A stretch of 64,000 bases of DNA. Origin: Rhodothermales bacterium. Its GTDB lineage: Bacteria > Bacteroidota > Rhodothermia > Rhodothermales > BA12. Both the position numbers and the translations under genes were made by a program. Positions 60,387-64,000 of the stretch are shown one piece after another (the stretch's first letter is position 1; the number at the start of each line of letters is the position of its first letter). The notes beneath the pieces were generated by a model. That model was not told the DNA's origin. It did no database searches and saw nothing but the letters and a program-made list of their open reading frames with translations. Where the stretch lies: contig CAVUFJ010000002.1 in the NCBI GenBank assembly GCA_963740755.1, forward strand, positions 3,383 to 67,382. The letters run 5' to 3'.

Positions 60387-60457
60387 ATCAACCCTCCTCG
60401 TTCCTGTGATCAGCGCGCCAGCGCTTGCCTCTTCCCGAACGCTGACGACCGACTTCG

Positions 60458-61732
60458 ATGAAAAAATCAGATTCGACCCCGCTTCAGGCCACCTCGCTCG
60501 TCTCTGCTTTTGCGGAGATTGCCCGCGAAAAGGATATCGACCGTGCCAACCTTCAACTCATCGTCGAGGAAGTTTTCCGCACGATGATCAAGAAGCGCTA
60601 CGGCGCCGATGACAACTTCAACTTCGTCCTCAACCCCGACAACGGCGACATCCAGATCATCCACGAGCGGTCGGTCGTGCCCAACTACTCCGTCGAGGAT
60701 CCGGTCACGCAGATCGAGCTCCGGGACTCGGCCAAGATCGACGACTCGCTCGAAATCGGGGATGACGTGGCCGAGGAGCTGTCGATTCACGACTTCGGGC
60801 GCCGCGCGGTCATGATGGCCCGGCAGACGTTCGCGCAGAAGATCCGCGACATCGAGAAGGAGAACGTGTTCGAGGAGTACGCCGAGATGACGGGCGAGAT
60901 CGTCATCGGCGAGGTGTACCAGACGCGGCGCAAGGAGGTGCTCGTGCTCCACGACCGCACGGAGCTGCTGCTGCCGCGCGAGGAGCAGATCTACCGCGAC
61001 CGCTACCGCAAGGGCGACATGATCCGCGCGGTCATCAAGGAGGTGATCCGCGACGCGGCGGGCAACCCGCAGGTGATCATCTCGCGCGCCGATCCGAAGT
61101 TCATGGAGCGGCTCTTCGAACTCGAAGTGCCCGAGATCTACGACGGCATCGTCGAGATCAAGAACATCGTCCGCGAGCCGGGCGACCGCGCCAAGGTGGC
61201 CGTGCAGTCCACCGACGACCGCATCGACCCGGTGGGCGCGTGCGTGGGCATGAAGGGCGTGCGCATCCACGCTGTCGCGCGCGAACTGGCCAACGAGGGC
61301 ATCGACATCATCCCGTGGACAAAGGACGACATCGAGATGATTCGCCGCAGCCTCGCGCCGAGCCATCCGCTCTCGGTGGAGCTCTCGACCGACTCGCGCG
61401 GCCAGCGGCGGGCCAAGGTGGTCGTGCGCGCCGACGAGGTGAGCCAGGCCATCGGCAAGGGCGGCATCAACATCAAGCTCGCCAGCCGCCTCACCGGCTA
61501 CGAGATCGACATCTACCGCGAAGTGGCCGCCTCGAGGACGACGTGGACATCTCGGAGTTCTCGGACGAGCTGCCGGCCGAGGTCATCAACCGCCTCCGCG
61601 AAGTCGGGCATCGATTCGGCCCGCGCGGCCATCGAACTCTCGCCTGAGGAGTTCTCCCGGCGCACGCAGCTCGAAGGCGAAACGGCCGAAGCCGTCCTGC
61701 GCGTCCTGCGCGCCGAATTCGACGATCAATGA
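60458..61732 (+). CDS. nusA: Transcription termination/antitermination factor NusA; compensating frameshift pair at ~61530 and ~61607
   Basis: ITGEIVIGEVYQ (S1 domain). RADPKFMERLFELEVPEIYDGIVEIK. DPVGACVGMKGVRI (KH). AIGKGGINIKLASRLTGYEIDI (KH). The alternate frame between the two indels reads LEDDVDISEFSDELPAEVINRLREVG, which is the expected sequence. Confidence 0.9.
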   Translation: MKKSDSTPLQATSLVSAFAEIAREKDIDRANLQLIVEEVFRTMIKKRYGADDNFNFVLNPDNGDIQIIHERSVVPNYSVEDPVTQIELRDSAKIDDSLEIGDDVAEELSIHDFGRRAVMMARQTFAQKIRDIEKENVFEEYAEMTGEIVIGEVYQTRRKEVLVLHDRTELLLPREEQIYRDRYRKGDMIRAVIKEVIRDAAGNPQVIISRADPKFMERLFELEVPEIYDGIVEIKNIVREPGDRAKVAVQSTDDRIDPVGACVGMKGVRIHAVARELANEGIDIIPWTKDDIEMIRRSLAPSHPLSVELSTDSRGQRRAKVVVRADEVSQAIGKGGINIKLASRLTGYEIDIYREVAASRTTWTSRSSRTSCRPRSSTASAKSGIDSARAAIELSPEEFSRRTQLEGETAEAVLRVLRAEFDDQ

Positions 61733-61778
61733 GCTACACGGGCGTGTATTGGAACGCAGTGTGGCGTAATCTTCCTGT

Positions 61779-64000
61779 ATGAGCGATTTTAAGAAAGTCC
61801 AGCTCTTCAAGCTCGCCAAAGAGCTCGGAGTCACCACCGACCGTCTTGAGGACCACCTCAAGAAGCACGGGCAGGCGTCGGCCCTCAAGGGGTCGGGGCT
61901 GATGGCCAATGTGACGACCGAAGACGCGTATTACGCGCTCCTCCAGGAGTTTTCGAGCGACAAAGAGCAGGTATCCAAGCTGCGGGAGGCAAAGGAGCAG
62001 GAGCGTGTGCGCGCCGAAGCCGAAGTGACCCGCCGCGAGGAAGACGAGCGCCGCCGCGCCGAAGACGAAGCCCGCGTCCGCGCGGAGGCCGAAGCCGCCC
62101 GCCGGGCTGCCGAAGAAGACGCCCGGCTCGCCGCCGAGGCCGAAGCCCGCGCCCGGGCCGAGGAAGCGGCCGCGCCAGCAGCTCGCCGCCGAGGAAGCGG
62201 CCCGCCAGCAGGCCGCCGCCCCGCGCGCCCCCGCCCCAGGCAGCACCCGCCGACGCCCCGCCGGTGCCGGCAGAGGCCGACCGCGCCCGTGACCGCCGAG
62301 GCGACGCGAAGGGGCCCCCGAGGCCGAAGGAACCGCCGAGAGGCAGCCGAGGCGCCCACCGAGGAAGGCGTCATCCGCGCCGACCGCATCCAGCTCGCCG
62401 GCACCAAGGTGCTCGGCATGATCGACCTGAAGAACATCGGCGGCGGCTCCGACCGGCGTGGCAAGCGCACGCGCAAGTCGTCCACCGAGTCGCAGGTCAA
62501 GCCCGACGACGCCCGCAAGGCGCTCCAGGAGGCCTTCTCCTCGACCGCCGCCACGCCGGGCACCACGCCCGCCGCCGGCGCGGCCGCCACGGGCGGCAAC
62601 ACGCGCCGCAAAGACCGCGGCGGCAAGGGCCGCAAGGGCGGACCGGCCGTGGACGAGGGCGAGGTCGAGCAGAACCTCGCCGAGAACCTGCGCGCGATGC
62701 AGCAGGGCACCGGCCGCAGCCGCCAGCAGCTTCGCCGCGCCCGCCGCGACGAACGCGCCGACCAGCGCGCCCGCGACGCCGAGGCCGAGGAGGCCGAAGC
62801 CGGCATCCTGCGCGTGACGGAGTTCATCACGACGGGCGAGCTTGCCAACCTGATGGACGCGCCGGTCACGGAAGTCATCTCGTCGCTCTTTGCGTCCGGC
62901 GTGATGGCGTCCATCAACCAGCGCCTCGACGCCGACACCATCCAGATCGTCGCCGCCGAGTTCGGCTACGACGTGCAGTTCATCCGCGACCTCGACGACG
63001 CGGGCGAGGAGATCGAGGTGAAGCCGGACAACCCGGAAGACCTCGAAGCCCGCCCGCCGGTTGTCACCGTGATGGGCCACGTCGACCACGGCAAGACGAG
63101 CCTGCTCGACTACATCCGCTCGGCCAACGTGGTCTCGGGCGAGGCCGGCGGCATCACGCAGCACATCGGCGCCTACTCGGTGCCCGTGAACGACCGCAAG
63201 ATCACCTTCCTCGACACGCCGGGCCACGAAGCGTTCACGGCCATGCGCGCCCGTGGCGCCCAGGCCACCGACATCGTGATCCTGGTCGTGGCCGCCGACG
63301 ACTCGGTGATGCCGCAGACGATCGAGGCCATCAACCACGCCAAGGCCGCGGGCGTGCCCATGGTGGTGGCGATCAACAAGGTGGACAAGCCGGAGGCCAA
63401 CCCGCCGAAGGTGATGCAGCAGCTCTCCGAGTACGGCGTGCTCGTGGAGCAGTACGGCGGCAACGTGCAGTGCGAGCTCGTCTCGGCCAAGCAGGGCCTC
63501 GGCATCGCCGAACTGCTCGAAAAGGTGGTCCTCGAAGCCGAAGTGCTCGACCTCAAGGCCAACCCGAACCGCGAAGCGCAGGGGCTCGTCATCGAGTCGC
63601 GCCTCGACCGGGGCCGCGGCGTCGTGGCGACGGTGCTCGTGCAGAACGGCTCGCTCAAGGTGGGCGATGCCTTCGTGGCCGGCATCCACTCGGGCCGCGT
63701 GCGCGCCATGTTCAACGAGCGCGACGAGCGCGTGGACCAGGTCGGCCCCGGCGATCCGATTGCCGATCCTCGGCTTCTCGGGCGCGCCCGAAGTGGGCGA
63801 CCGCTTCCACGTCATGGACGAGCGCGACGCCCGCGAGACGGCCCTCCGCCGCCAGCAGATCTACCGCGAGCAGGCCCTCCGCCAGCGCAAGCACATCACG
63901 CTCGACGAGATCGGGCGCCGCCTCGCCCTCGGCGACTTCCGGCAGCTCAACCTCGTCATCAAGGGCGACGTGGGCGGCTCGGTGGAAGCCCTGTCGGACT
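61779..64000 (+). CDS. infB: Translation initiation factor IF-2; 3' end beyond the window; frameshift at ~63763
   Basis: ATG at 61779 ([18 protein letters not shown]...). Ala/Glu/Arg-rich linker. G domain: [33 protein letters not shown]. After an extra base near 63763 the frame shifts and reads [19 protein letters not shown]...[18 protein letters not shown]. It is absent from the ORF track because no stop is reached. Confidence 0.9.
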   Translation, partial: MSDFKKVQLFKLAKELGVTTDRLEDHLKKHGQASALKGSGLMANVTTEDAYYALLQEFSSDKEQVSKLREAKEQERVRAEAEVTRREEDERRRAEDEARVRAEAEAARRAAEEDARLAAEAEARARAEEAAAPAARRRGSGPPAGRRPARPRPRQHPPTPRRCRQRPTAPVTAEATRRGPRGRRNRREAAEAPTEEGVIRADRIQLAGTKVLGMIDLKNIGGGSDRRGKRTRKSSTESQVKPDDARKALQEAFSSTAATPGTTPAAGAAATGGNTRRKDRGGKGRKGGPAVDEGEVEQNLAENLRAMQQGTGRSRQQLRRARRDERADQRARDAEAEEAEAGILRVTEFITTGELANLMDAPVTEVISSLFASGVMASINQRLDADTIQIVAAEFGYDVQFIRDLDDAGEEIEVKPDNPEDLEARPPVVTVMGHVDHGKTSLLDYIRSANVVSGEAGGITQHIGAYSVPVNDRKITFLDTPGHEAFTAMRARGAQATDIVILVVAADDSVMPQTIEAINHAKAAGVPMVVAINKVDKPEANPPKVMQQLSEYGVLVEQYGGNVQCELVSAKQGLGIAELLEKVVLEAEVLDLKANPNREAQGLVIESRLDRGRGVVATVLVQNGSLKVGDAFVAGIHSGRVRAMFNERDERVDQVGPGDPIADPRLLGRARSGRPLPRHGRARRPRDGPPPPADLPRAGPPPAQAHHARRDRAPPRPRRLPAAQPRHQGRRGRLGGSPVG

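Overview
High-GC bacterial chromosomal segment (about 65-70% G+C by eye, not computed). It has roughly 55 protein-coding genes and no rRNA, tRNA or CRISPR array that I could find. The gene content suggests a Rhodothermota/Bacteroidota-like organism (inference): a curli csgEFG locus with curlin arrays, a T9SS C-terminal-domain remnant, little or no Shine-Dalgarno signal, rimP-nusA-infB, and GlgE/TreZ/MalQ. Layout: 1-7.9 kb is a minus-strand curli locus with four curlin-repeat genes flanking csgE-csgF-csgG. 8.5-23 kb is housekeeping (rhomboid, GT2, two thioredoxin-fold proteins, LuxE-like, rarA, folE, queD, HIT, a 652-aa outer-membrane protein, coaE, aroE, SDR, ADH, SRPBCC, Nth-like). 23-31 kb is alpha-glucan metabolism (glgE, treZ, malQ) with a sensor kinase. 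31-40 kb holds an acyl-ACP desaturase and an envelope-glycan cluster (YfhO, two GT4, flippase, YbbR-like), then trxA. 41-44 kb is sbcC. 45.6-47.2 kb is a sharply lower-GC islet carrying a single Shedu-like (DUF4263) nuclease gene. 47-51.5 kb is rnd, a nucleoside transporter and an acyl-CoA carboxylase beta subunit. 51.7-54.8 kb is a HerA-like ATPase, an Uma2 nuclease and two small proteins. 54.9-59.4 kb is a dienelactone hydrolase, a PPTase, an amino-acid permease and a GH47 enzyme. 59.9-64 kb is rimP-nusA-infB. Major caveat: about 20 genes, including essential nusA and infB, are split by 1-nt indels that I traced by following homology across ORF-track frames. I read these as assembly or consensus errors, not pseudogenes, so their coordinates span the repaired gene. 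Most interesting: the Shedu-like islet, the HerA-like/Uma2 pair, the curli locus (CsgG with an extra C-terminal beta-barrel; near-identical curlin paralogs bracketing csgEFG), and a GATC-rich palindromic repeat found twice between convergent genes.
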